A stretch of DNA of 64,000 nt, taken from a virus. The notes below the pieces were generated by a model. The model made no database searches. It was not told the origin of the DNA and saw nothing but the letters and a program-made list of their open reading frames with translations. The translations under genes and the position numbers were made by a program. This document shows positions 36,977-46,426 of this stretch, piece after piece (the stretch's first letter is position 1; the number at the start of each line of letters is the position of its first letter). The stretch spans positions 6,477 through 70,476 of the IMG/VR virus record IMGVR_UViG_3300035703_000069; one strand, given 5' to 3'.

Positions 36977-37972
36977 TCAGAACTCCAGAGTTGCGGTATC
37001 GAGCTCGAAACCGGCGGCGTAGACCGAATCTTTGCGCCGGCGCTTAAATGGTTTGATGCGGTTAGGGCCCCAAACTCCGATCTCGGTGCGCAGGCGCTTT
37101 AGCTCCGCTCGCGTGTTCTCTAAGGCTTTCCGGACTTCAGCGTTACGCGCTTTTGATACTTCCATCTGAGCTTCCAGAGCGGGATTGTTACCCCGGGCCA
37201 GCGACTCAAGCTCATTCAGTCGACCGCGATCTGCTGCTTTAGCCAAGTCACTCGCTGTTCCAGGCTTATTGATAGCACCTGGTTTTGGTACGCGAATGTT
37301 TCCAAGATCAAAAGGTACGGCAGGCTTATTTCCTTTGTTTCGCACCTTGTTGACTAAAGCAGCCGCACCCACCCCGGCTCCAACGGCCAGAGCAGTAATA
37401 CCTAAAGCTTTGATCTTGTCTTTATTGGAGGTCTTAGGCCGCTTCCCGTAACGTGCTTCCCACGTCTTATTGGCTGCTTTGAGTCGGCCTACCGGGCCTT
37501 TACCTCTACCTACATGGCACGTTTTATTGTCTGCGATGCCAGAAGCCCCGCACTTCTTGTCCAGGCGCTCAGCGGTGTCGAGGCGGGCGCGGATGTAAGA
37601 GCGGGTGCGGTTTTGGATACCGAGCTCGCAAGCAGCGAGGTACTCCTGAGGGGTCAGGGCGTCGTTGCGGTCCATCTTCTTGCCACAGTTGCCGTCGCAC
37701 TTGGCTTTGCGCTTACCGCAGTTGCAGCCTTCGCCGTCCATCGGCTTTTTGCCGTACATGCCACCGTCCATGGGGGCTTTGGTGTGCTTGGCGCCCTTGG
37801 CGCTGCGCTTACGGGAATGGGACTTGGCGCCATCCATCTCTTCGGTGCCCATTTCCTCTTCCTCTTCGCCCTCGGGCTTGATTTCGATCTCGATGGAGGG
37901 CTTGTTCTTGTCGGCGTGGCCTTCGCGAAGTCCTTTCTCGTAGGCGCCGGACTTCTTGGTGGAGGCGGGCAT
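36977..37972 (-). CDS. Modular protein (RLDKKCG..C; RKDSVYAAGF family)
   Basis: Repeated MDG/RxD motifs, Cys module, TM-like segment. Confidence 0.75.
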   Translation of the reverse strand: MPASTKKSGAYEKGLREGHADKNKPSIEIEIKPEGEEEEEMGTEEMDGAKSHSRKRSAKGAKHTKAPMDGGMYGKKPMDGEGCNCGKRKAKCDGNCGKKMDRNDALTPQEYLAACELGIQNRTRSYIRARLDTAERLDKKCGASGIADNKTCHVGRGKGPVGRLKAANKTWEARYGKRPKTSNKDKIKALGITALAVGAGVGAAALVNKVRNKGNKPAVPFDLGNIRVPKPGAINKPGTASDLAKAADRGRLNELESLARGNNPALEAQMEVSKARNAEVRKALENTRAELKRLRTEIGVWGPNRIKPFKRRRKDSVYAAGFELDTATLEF

Positions 37973-38047
37973 GGCTATAGGGCGCGTCCGCCCGGTTCCT
38001 GATACGGTCAGTTTATGGACGTGTCATAAAGGGGATAAATCACGTCT

Positions 38048-38923
38048 CTATCCCACGGGCGTTGGGGCGAGTTGCTCGAAGACGGCGGCGCGGTTGAGGT
38101 TGACGAGCTCGGGGGACAGGCGGGCGATGGCGGTGCTCACTTCTTTGGTGTGGCGTTCGCGCTGTCCCGCGTAGTCGGCGTCGATAGCAGCGAGATCGGC
38201 ATCCCATGGGGCGAGATAGCAGCGACACCGTGGGTGACAGGGGGCTTTGATCTCGGCGCGTTTGTAGATCTGGCCCGCTCGGGGGGCACAGATGTCGCAG
38301 GAGCGGTCGTCCGCGGTGGCGTACCACATACAAAGATCGATGCCTTGTGTGGCGTAGTACGTGTTGGAGGCGTCGTTGTAGGCCCGCAGCGACTCGGTGC
38401 GGACGATGGCTTCGGCGCGGGCTTTGACGACACCGAGGCGGGAGCGCATGTCGCGGACCATGTCATCGGTGGGGCGGCCTTCAGCGACACCCTGGGCGAC
38501 GATCTCGGCTGAGGTGGTGGCGAAGTATTCGCCGTGTTTGCGGAGGTAGCCCTTGGATTGGGCGGCGGCTGCAGCGGTGGCTTCGAGGGGGATCGAGACG
38601 TCGATGCGGGAGCGGTCGGGGCGCATTTGTTCGGTGAGGTTGGACGCGACCTCGATCCCGCGGGTGCTGGCTTCTCCGACGAGGTTGCGCAGCAGCGTGT
38701 CGTAGGCGTCGACTCGGTCGGGGCGGAAGGCGGGGACGAGGTTTCGAAACTCCTGCAGTAGGGCGAGGTTGCGTGATGCAGGATCTGCATAACCCACGCG
38801 CATGTGAACCCGAGCGCGGCGCACCAGGCGGTTGAAGCTTTGATCGAGGACGCGGTTCAGCAGGCGCAGCGTGCCGTCCTCGGTGGTGCGGAGGGTCAGG
38901 TTGTAGCGCTCAACGACGTCCAC
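38048..38923 (-). CDS. Head morphogenesis protein (MuF / SPP1 gp7)
   Basis: RAEAIVRTESLRAYN...WYATADDRSCDIC...PCHPRCRC. Confidence 0.9.
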   Translation of the reverse strand: MDVVERYNLTLRTTEDGTLRLLNRVLDQSFNRLVRRARVHMRVGYADPASRNLALLQEFRNLVPAFRPDRVDAYDTLLRNLVGEASTRGIEVASNLTEQMRPDRSRIDVSIPLEATAAAAAQSKGYLRKHGEYFATTSAEIVAQGVAEGRPTDDMVRDMRSRLGVVKARAEAIVRTESLRAYNDASNTYYATQGIDLCMWYATADDRSCDICAPRAGQIYKRAEIKAPCHPRCRCYLAPWDADLAAIDADYAGQRERHTKEVSTAIARLSPELVNLNRAAVFEQLAPTPVG

Positions 38924-41795
38924 GGTCCATCTCCACCTGGGAGCGCTGGATCAGGAGGTAGTCCGCCATGGCTTGTGCCCGCACCGCAGGGCCGTAGGTC
39001 TTGATGCGAGACCAAAGCTCGTCCGGGCTGATCAAGCCGCCGGCAGCGCGCTCCGCATCAAGGCGGGAGCCCTCGAAGTACTGGGCGTACTGCCTGGCGA
39101 GGTCTTTGCCTGCCGGGGAGCTGAATTCGCGTTGGCCTTGGAGGAAGGTGACGAACTCGGTTGCGGTGTAGCCACGGCCTTGAGCGCGACCTTGATAGAT
39201 GGCTTCGCGCCCTTCGCGGCGTTGCCCGCGAGAGACACCGACGTCGACCACTGCGCGGGTGGCGCGACGGAAACGCTGGAGCTGTTCAGACTCGGGGACG
39301 CCGTAAGCGATGCCATTGGCGAGGGCCTCGCAGTTGTCCTTGGTCAGGGAGAACTTGTAGTCAGTGCCGGCGATGCGGATGGCGCGCTTGACGACTTCTT
39401 CGTTGGTTAAGGGAGTGCCTGTGGTGGCTTTGAACTTGGGATCGGGGGCTTTGACCAGGGGCGTCATGAGGGCTTGAGAGGTTTTCAGGCCCGGCTTGGT
39501 GGCGCCGATCTCGGCAACGTCGGTCCAGCTGAAGCGGGACTTGTTCGTGTTGGCAATAACGGCTCGGACCTTGCCGTCTTTCCCTTCTCCCAGGTAGATG
39601 CCGAAGTGCGCGGCGGGGTCTTTCTCGTTGCGGAAATAGACCACGTCACCCGGTTTGAGGCCGGATTTCTGGGTGTAGTAGTAGCCCATGGCTTCGCTGG
39701 CACTTTTGGTGCCGGCCTCTTGCTTCATGGACTTGACGAGGTCTTTGATGCCCGGGCTCGGAGCCAGGGGAGACTTCGTTGGATCGCTCAGGGTCTTGAG
39801 GTTGTAGGCGACGCTTCCGGCTACAGCCAGGGCGACTGCGCCCCCGGCGACAGCCGCGATGATTGCGGCTTTGCGTTTTTGGTCGCTCTCGGGGGTAGGG
39901 GCGCCTTGGCCCTTCCGGCATTCATGCGCCTTCGGAATGTGCGAGGCGCCACAGGGCTTTCCCAGGCGCTTGCCCTCCTGAAAGTCGGCGCGGGCGGCGA
40001 GGTAGGTGGCAGTGCGGACGAGCTCGGGGGAGCAGTCGGCTTCGTCGCCGCGGCTGGCGATGATCCGATCCGCTTCGGCAGCGGCGGCTTCGGGGGAGAG
40101 GCCACCCTGCGTGAGGGTGCGGATCAGCTCGGAACGGGAGCGAACACGGCGGCGGGCGGGGCGGGGTTGGCCGGTGGTGCTGGGTGCTGCAGCGCGGGGT
40201 GTGGCTTCGCGGGGGGAGCGGACGCGGACAGCGCCGGTGAAGCCGTAATCGGATTGGAGTAGGCGCATGGCGTCTGCGGTCGTTGTGATCGGACGGCCTG
40301 CGAGCTCGGAAGCGGCGCTGAGGGCGAGGCGGTCGGTGATGGAGTAGGTGCTGCTCCGGGTGCCGGCGACGCGGGTGGCGAAGTAGGCGGTGCGGATCAG
40401 CTCAGCGTGGGCGTCACCTGCTACGGGGCGGGTCAGCCCCATCCGGCCTGAGAGGTATCGCGCTCGAGTGAGGTCGGCGGAACCGAGGATCTCGCCGTAG
40501 CCGCGTTGACGGAGGGAAGGGTCAAGAGTGCTGGCGCCCGCGGTGTTGCGGGCGATGTCGCCGACTTCCTTGTAGAAGTCGTTGAAACCACGGACCGTGC
40601 GGCCGTAGATGGTGTTGGCATAGGCAGCGGGGCTGCGGGTGAGGACGCCCTCGATATGACCTTCGAGCTCACGGCGGATTGCTGGGGAGTAGCCGGCAGA
40701 GCCTCCGCTGCTGCGGACCACGCCGCGCATGAAGGTACCGAGGTCGGCTTCGTTGATGGATTCGCGGCCACCAGAGCGGGAGACGCGGAAGCCTTGTTGT
40801 TTGGCCAGGGCGATGAGGTCACCACGCTCGGTTTCGACCCGGGCGGTGATGGCGTCTTTGATGGAGCGGGTGGTCAGGGCCTCGTCGCCGGTGAGATTGA
40901 ACTGGCGGGCGAGGTGTTCTTCAGCGGTGGGGCGAGCGAAGACGCTGAACTTGGAGTTGCGGTCAGCGCCGACGCCGGATTCATTGATGCTGGAAGTCCA
41001 GAAGGCTTCGCGGTGCTTTTGGTTCCAGGTGTAAAAGTTGTCGGAGCTGGATTCGCGGTCGACGCGGTTGGTGTCGACGACGAGTTGGCCCGCGTTGTCG
41101 CGCAGTGGGGCGCGGGAGAGCATCGCTTCGCCACCTGTGCCCAGGGTGGCGCGCATGACGTCGGGACCGGATACGGCCTCGGTGGCGAAGCGCGCAGTGG
41201 CAGCTCCAACGGCACCTGATACAGATTCGCGGGTACGAGCTCGTTGTGCCCCTACTAACGGCAGCGAGTCGAGGACTCTGCTGATGCCGGCACGGGTGGC
41301 ACTGTTGATGTCGGCGCCGAGGCCGTTTCGGTAGCCGAAGGTGTTGTTCTTCATCAGGATCGCGTGGATCCCGAGGCCGCCGGTGACGACGGCTAGGCCG
41401 ATGCCGATGGCACGGGTGCGATCTTCGAGCTTCTTCTGGAGCTCTTTCTTCTGCTGGATGTTGCCCGGGGCGACTTTGACGGCGCCGCGGATGATGGCGC
41501 GTTTGCCGCCCTCGACCTCGGAGAAGTTGCCGCGGACGACTCCTCGGCTGATTCGACCGAAGCCGCGTTGGATGTTGGCGAGGCCGCCGAGGGGGTCGGT
41601 CTTGACGGCACGCAGGTGGGGGTCAGTCCCTTGACCCTTGAGGCGGCAATCCCAGGTAGGAGGGATGCAACGGTTGCCGCACCGAATGTTGGGCGGGTTG
41701 CACTGGACGTTGCGCGTGGTCTTGCGAGCGTCGAGGCGTTCTCGAGCTGCGAGGTACGCCGCGGTGCGGATGGTCTCAGGAGTCTGGTTTCCCAT
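38910..41795 (-). CDS. Large modular head-associated protein with C-terminal LRAT/NC-like papain-fold domain
   Basis: Two RTAxYLAAR repeats with Cys modules; KPGDVVYF..HFGIYLG..YKFSLTKDNCEALAN; TGATG overlap with the portal gene. Confidence 0.75.
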   Translation of the reverse strand: MGNQTPETIRTAAYLAARERLDARKTTRNVQCNPPNIRCGNRCIPPTWDCRLKGQGTDPHLRAVKTDPLGGLANIQRGFGRISRGVVRGNFSEVEGGKRAIIRGAVKVAPGNIQQKKELQKKLEDRTRAIGIGLAVVTGGLGIHAILMKNNTFGYRNGLGADINSATRAGISRVLDSLPLVGAQRARTRESVSGAVGAATARFATEAVSGPDVMRATLGTGGEAMLSRAPLRDNAGQLVVDTNRVDRESSSDNFYTWNQKHREAFWTSSINESGVGADRNSKFSVFARPTAEEHLARQFNLTGDEALTTRSIKDAITARVETERGDLIALAKQQGFRVSRSGGRESINEADLGTFMRGVVRSSGGSAGYSPAIRRELEGHIEGVLTRSPAAYANTIYGRTVRGFNDFYKEVGDIARNTAGASTLDPSLRQRGYGEILGSADLTRARYLSGRMGLTRPVAGDAHAELIRTAYFATRVAGTRSSTYSITDRLALSAASELAGRPITTTADAMRLLQSDYGFTGAVRVRSPREATPRAAAPSTTGQPRPARRRVRSRSELIRTLTQGGLSPEAAAAEADRIIASRGDEADCSPELVRTATYLAARADFQEGKRLGKPCGASHIPKAHECRKGQGAPTPESDQKRKAAIIAAVAGGAVALAVAGSVAYNLKTLSDPTKSPLAPSPGIKDLVKSMKQEAGTKSASEAMGYYYTQKSGLKPGDVVYFRNEKDPAAHFGIYLGEGKDGKVRAVIANTNKSRFSWTDVAEIGATKPGLKTSQALMTPLVKAPDPKFKATTGTPLTNEEVVKRAIRIAGTDYKFSLTKDNCEALANGIAYGVPESEQLQRFRRATRAVVDVGVSRGQRREGREAIYQGRAQGRGYTATEFVTFLQGQREFSSPAGKDLARQYAQYFEGSRLDAERAAGGLISPDELWSRIKTYGPAVRAQAMADYLLIQRSQVEMDRGRR

Positions 41796-43612
41796 CAGTA
41801 CTGCTCCCATCCGGCGCGGAGGGCTTCTGCTTCGCCCTCGGATACAGGGGAGAGCCCGGCTACAGTCTGCCGCGGGTAGAACGAGGCGACTGCCCGCCTG
41901 GCGCTTTGCAGTGTGCGGAAACCAATGGCATAGGGACCGTCAGACAGCTGCCCCTCCACATCGAATCGAGCTCGGTAGAGCTTGCGTCCGTGAGCGCGCT
42001 GAGGACCTACTACGAATAGCGGAGCGTTTACTCCTGCATCAATTCTTTGCCCATCAGGTGCTACTAAAAACCCTATACATACATCGTTTTTCCGATGCGT
42101 TTCTTTAATGCGGTATCCGTGTACGTAAATCTGTTCTGCTGAATCTGTTTTTGATTCTTGCTCTGGTTGGGGTGACTCTGCAGTCTCCTCCTGCGGCTGT
42201 TCACCTTCAATAGGTGCAGGCGGGTTGTTCAGTGCGTCCGCTTGGGCCTGATAGCTCATCATTTGGCTCTGGAATGATGCGTCTGCTTGAGTAACGAGCT
42301 GCTCAGTGATGACTTCACTAAGGGTTGTCTCAATGCTGTACTCCGTGCCTCCAAAGCGGGCTTCGCGCACCTCGAGAGCGTTTAGGACACCAAGATTGAT
42401 GTATTGGGCGTCGATCTGAGCAACCTGAAGACGTAAGGCAGTCTTTTCACTTGCCGTCTCGGTGAAAACGCTCGGGAACTCGACGCTCCACTTCTGAGGG
42501 GGCCGCCCTCGGGTTGGTCCTTCGCGCGAGGCGAGGATGTAAGTGAAGACTTCGGTCACCGCCGTTCGGCAGTAGAGCTCCTGCCACTGCTCGACAAGGG
42601 TTGCCCAGACGCGCTCTTCGAAGCGTCCCTCTTTGCCCAGGCCCCCGGGGGAGTCGCCCATGAGGATCGAGGCAGGCCAACCGGTCGCTGCTTGGAGATC
42701 CTTTACGAAGGGATCGGTCGCCGAGGCGATGTTGCTGAGTGCGCGGTTGAGAAAGCTCAGCTCCTCCTCGGTGTCGACGACCATGCCGCCGTAGACCGAG
42801 CGGCTGAGGTTGTTGGCCTCGAGGCGCTTGCGCAGATCGCTCTCGTTGCCGGAAGCGATGCGGTTGAAAAGACCGGGGATCTTGTGGACAAAGAGATCGG
42901 AGTCGGTGGTCATCGACTCCAGGCCCGACATCGCGGTCTCGTAGCGCTTGTACGCCTCCCAGACGAGTTGGAGCACCGGAAGGCCCCAGCCGGTGTTCCG
43001 CACTCGGACGTTCCAGGGCAGGTACAGCCCGTCGAAGCGCGCTACGCGGGATGAGTGTATGCGCACATTGACATATTGCCCTTGTTGCTCAGATGTGAGC
43101 CGCTGCGCGGTGGTGATCCGGTAGTGCGAGGGCTTGGTGTAGTCGGTGATCGAGAAGTCTTCCGGAATCAGCTCCCAGCGGGAGAGGGGCACATAGCCCC
43201 GGACAGCGCGTATCCGCGCGGGGTCGACGGGCTCCTCCGGAGGGAGACCGTCATCGATCAGAAGCACCAGGCCGGCACCGCCGTAGAGGCGCTGAAGCTT
43301 GACGACCTCGGCAAAGGCGTGGTGAAACTGGGTGACCTTGAGGTACTCCTCGAAGTCGGCGATCAGGTCGTTGGCGTTCTGCTGCTCGTCACCGCCAAGC
43401 TTGATCGTGGTCCTGTGGCGCAGGATTTCATCGGAAATGGCATCGACGTAGCGTCTGGGGATGCCGTGGACGTAGAGGGCTTCGAGCTCGCCCTCGCTGA
43501 GAATGGGTTTAGAGCCTACAGAAGTAGCAACTGTCTTGTCCTTGGTCGTTAGACCCATGCCGGACAGTACATTTACTAACGCACCATCATTCCGGAAATT
43601 ATCAGCATTCAT
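41795..43612 (-). CDS. Portal protein (DUF1073 family)
   Basis: RLYGGAGLVL..IHSSRV..GWGLPVLQ..AATGWPASILMGDSPGGL; an upstream GTG at 43669 is an alternative start. Confidence 0.88.
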   Translation of the reverse strand: MNADNFRNDGALVNVLSGMGLTTKDKTVATSVGSKPILSEGELEALYVHGIPRRYVDAISDEILRHRTTIKLGGDEQQNANDLIADFEEYLKVTQFHHAFAEVVKLQRLYGGAGLVLLIDDGLPPEEPVDPARIRAVRGYVPLSRWELIPEDFSITDYTKPSHYRITTAQRLTSEQQGQYVNVRIHSSRVARFDGLYLPWNVRVRNTGWGLPVLQLVWEAYKRYETAMSGLESMTTDSDLFVHKIPGLFNRIASGNESDLRKRLEANNLSRSVYGGMVVDTEEELSFLNRALSNIASATDPFVKDLQAATGWPASILMGDSPGGLGKEGRFEERVWATLVEQWQELYCRTAVTEVFTYILASREGPTRGRPPQKWSVEFPSVFTETASEKTALRLQVAQIDAQYINLGVLNALEVREARFGGTEYSIETTLSEVITEQLVTQADASFQSQMMSYQAQADALNNPPAPIEGEQPQEETAESPQPEQESKTDSAEQIYVHGYRIKETHRKNDVCIGFLVAPDGQRIDAGVNAPLFVVGPQRAHGRKLYRARFDVEGQLSDGPYAIGFRTLQSARRAVASFYPRQTVAGLSPVSEGEAEALRAGWEQY

Positions 43613-43800
43613 TTCCACGGTGGCCGTAGGGCTGATTGATATAGAAAGATTATCGCTGAGCGTCGACACTGCGAGAGAAACTTGTTAGTGAGCCTTTTTG
43701 TATAGACTAAAGTTATCGATGCTAGTTAGATACGTAAGGTAACCTTTTCAATGCTTCGCTTAGCCGGTCTCGGTACGCTTGGTCAGCGGCCGGACGGCGC

Positions 43801-44121
43801 ATGTTGGACCATCACATCGATGGGTCCCTCCTCTGCTCGAAACGCTTTGCGAAGTTGCGATTCCGCCAGGGCATCTTGAGCTCCTGGGATGGTTGCTGCG
43901 CGTACTGCGGAGCCCCAGCGGGCACGCTGGATCACGTCAAGGCGAAACGTCGCGGCGGGCCCACAGTGCAGCGCAACTTGGTGGCGGCCTGCGCGACGTG
44001 CAACCGGGCGAAGGGTTCCGAGGAGTGGCTCGTGTGGTTCCGGGCTCAGTGCTTCTGGGAAGCGCACCGGGAAGACGCGATCTACGAATGGATGGGGGCT
44101 GCGAGGATCGAACTCGCCTGA
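43801..44121 (+). CDS. HNH endonuclease (Zn-binding)
   Basis: [31 protein letters not shown]. Confidence 0.88.
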   Translation: MLDHHIDGSLLCSKRFAKLRFRQGILSSWDGCCAYCGAPAGTLDHVKAKRRGGPTVQRNLVAACATCNRAKGSEEWLVWFRAQCFWEAHREDAIYEWMGAARIELA

Positions 44122-44165
44122 GGCCGATTATGAGTCGGCTGCTTTCACCAGATAGCTAAGCCCCC
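44093..44165 (-). tRNA. tRNA with CAT anticodon (likely Ile2, possibly Met)
   Basis: GGGGGCTTAGCTATCTGGTGAAAGCAGCCGACTCATAATCGGCCTCAGGCGAGTTCGATCCTCGCAGCCCCCA forms a full cloverleaf with all four stems pairing. Confidence 0.88.
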
Positions 44166-44428
44166 GGACTCGGGATGTCGTTGAGAATCGCGTAGTCCCC
44201 AACAATGCGCAAGGCAGCTTCGTTGTAGGCACGGGCGGCTTCGATTTCACAGGTGTAGACGCCAATCTGGTAGCGCACTCCCATGTGAGTGATAGCAGCT
44301 CGATAGGGATGCGTGGCAGTACCTTTGGTCACGCCGCGAAAGCGAGAGAAGGCGTCTTTACGTAATGGACGGCGCGCTTGCGATAAGTAGAAGTCCTTAT
44401 CGCTCATGCGTTTGCGGTAATACGGCAT
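44156..44428 (-). CDS. AP2-domain DNA-binding protein
   Basis: SRFRGVT..YRAAI..IGVY..EIEAARAYNEAA...YAILN. Confidence 0.8.
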   Translation of the reverse strand: MPYYRKRMSDKDFYLSQARRPLRKDAFSRFRGVTKGTATHPYRAAITHMGVRYQIGVYTCEIEAARAYNEAALRIVGDYAILNDIPSPGA

Positions 44429-44432
44429 ACAA

Positions 44433-45914
44433 TTAAATGTGAGCGAAGAATCCTGCAGTATTTGGAGTCTCTGGAATGGCGTGACAGGCGAACGCTAGAG
44501 CCATGACGCAATCGTCGTGTGCTCCAGATGCAGCTTCTCGTTGGCCGGATTCTTTCTGTTGGAAAGCGCGAAGCTCATTAGGAATGGCGCCCTCGGGGAA
44601 GATCAGGTCGTCGTGCTCCATCAGGAACAGGATGCGATCGGTAGCAACGATCTTGCTAGGGCGGCTGGTGTTGAAGGTTTCGATAGCATATTTGGGCAAA
44701 GCAGTGGAGAGCGCTTCTGCGATCACAGCGCCCATTGCTTGTTTCTCCACGATTACCCGCTCTGGAAGGTAATCTTCTATGAGGCTTTTCACATGGCGCA
44801 AGCTGTAATCGGTGCTCTTGCCGTTCTCGTGGTACATGCCAACGACCTCGTAGGGCGTTTCGGTGATGTCCAGCACGATCGCTGTGAAGTAATCGTTGCC
44901 ACCGGCGTTGGGGTCGACACCGATCACGTAGGTGCGGCCGACGGAGCCACACTCACGCCAGTGGCCTCGGGTGGCGCGGCGCACCAGTTCCGATGGGAAC
45001 ACCTGGGTGTCGGTCGCGCCGAACGCCAGCTCGTATTCGGAGTCCCATGCGGCCTGGGTCATCCGGCGCGATTCGCGGGTCTTCCGGGCCCACTGGGGGT
45101 CGTGGCCGTAGATCGGGTGCTGTGAGTAGTGGATCGCGACGCGGTTCCAGCTGTCGTTCACCAGGGCCAGGCGGTCGTTGAGCGCTTCGATCTCGCGGCG
45201 GCGGACGTAGTCGTACCAGTCTTCGGGGGTGCCTTGGTGCCAGAGCTGACCGAACCAATCGAGCTCTGTGTCGGGTGTCGAGGTGACGATCACCTTGGCC
45301 GCGTCGCCCACCATGGAGAGCGTGGGCATGGCGCCTCGGTAGATCTCGGCAGCGCCGTCGAGGAAGGCGCCTTCGTCCATGAAGAGGACGGAGCAGCTGG
45401 GGATACCGCGGGCGGCGCGAGGAGAAGCCGGGAGGAAGTACAACGTGCCACGCCCTTCGATGGCGATCTGCGTGTTGGAGTCCGTTAAGTAGCGGATCGC
45501 TTCGCCCTCGATGCTGTTCGCCATGGCGCGCACACGGCGGCCGAGCTCGGAGGCGTCCTGCTGCGTCTTGGAGAAAATCACCGCTGCGAAGCCGCGCTCG
45601 GTGAGCGCCCGGCAGAGCAGGTAGGAGCAGACCGTCTCCGAGGCGCCCATCTGGCGCGACTTGTTGATGATCGTGTTGGGGTGCTTGTTGATGGAGCGCA
45701 CCAGCGCCTCTTGGTACTCGTAAGGGACAAAGGGGGCCACGGTGCCGCTCGTGCGGATCCAGGTGCGCTTGGCGAAGGCGGGCCAGTCCTCCACGCCGGG
45801 GAGCTTCGTCGGGGCGACGGCGGGGTCGAAGTTGGCGGAGCGCGCCTTGCGGCGGGCGAGCTCGAGGCGGAGCTTGTCGGCCCGGCGCTGCAGCTGCGCG
45901 AGGGAGGCGGTCAT
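44433..45914 (-). CDS. terL: Terminase large subunit
   Basis: PYEYQ, KSRQMGAS (Walker A), LFMDE (Walker B), TSTP, IGVDP and HDDCVMALA. Confidence 0.93.
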   Translation of the reverse strand: MTASLAQLQRRADKLRLELARRKARSANFDPAVAPTKLPGVEDWPAFAKRTWIRTSGTVAPFVPYEYQEALVRSINKHPNTIINKSRQMGASETVCSYLLCRALTERGFAAVIFSKTQQDASELGRRVRAMANSIEGEAIRYLTDSNTQIAIEGRGTLYFLPASPRAARGIPSCSVLFMDEGAFLDGAAEIYRGAMPTLSMVGDAAKVIVTSTPDTELDWFGQLWHQGTPEDWYDYVRRREIEALNDRLALVNDSWNRVAIHYSQHPIYGHDPQWARKTRESRRMTQAAWDSEYELAFGATDTQVFPSELVRRATRGHWRECGSVGRTYVIGVDPNAGGNDYFTAIVLDITETPYEVVGMYHENGKSTDYSLRHVKSLIEDYLPERVIVEKQAMGAVIAEALSTALPKYAIETFNTSRPSKIVATDRILFLMEHDDLIFPEGAIPNELRAFQQKESGQREAASGAHDDCVMALAFACHAIPETPNTAGFFAHI

Positions 45915-46387
45915 TCGTCCTCGGGGTCAGCGCTTCGCAGCAGCTCGGGGTACTCGTCCTCGGGGGATTCTTTGACCTCTTCGCTGGGGATCTGGAGAAG
46001 TCCGTACATCTGGTGCTCGAGGTCGGACACCGTGCGCTCGAGCATCTTGCGCTCCTGGTAGGCGGCGGCGCCGTTGAGCAAGGCGCGAGAGGCGGCGATG
46101 CGGTCGGATGCCCTTGCGTTGGGGTCGTTCATGATCTCGGTCAGCGTGGAGATCGCCTCGGGCATGAGGGCGAGGCCACGCGACTCGCTGGTATCGATTA
46201 GTTCTTGCTGGAGAGTGTAAATAGCACGTTGAACAACGGGCTTTTTACGCCAGTTGTAGAGAGCGCGTTCGCTAATACCTAAAGCTCGAGAGACTTCACG
46301 GCAGTTCTTTCCGCGGGCGAGAAGTTCTGCCGCCATGCGTTCTTGCTCACGGAGGCCGTCGATCGGCGATGGATTCGTCCTCGGCAT
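45911..46387 (-). CDS. Terminase small subunit (HTH)
   Basis: EVSRALGISERALYNWRK HTH; ATGA overlap with terL. Confidence 0.75.
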   Translation of the reverse strand: MPRTNPSPIDGLREQERMAAELLARGKNCREVSRALGISERALYNWRKKPVVQRAIYTLQQELIDTSESRGLALMPEAISTLTEIMNDPNARASDRIAASRALLNGAAAYQERKMLERTVSDLEHQMYGLLQIPSEEVKESPEDEYPELLRSADPEDE

Positions 46388-46426
46388 GTGCGGATTTGTA
46401 CTGCTTATGGCTGATACGTTCCGAGT

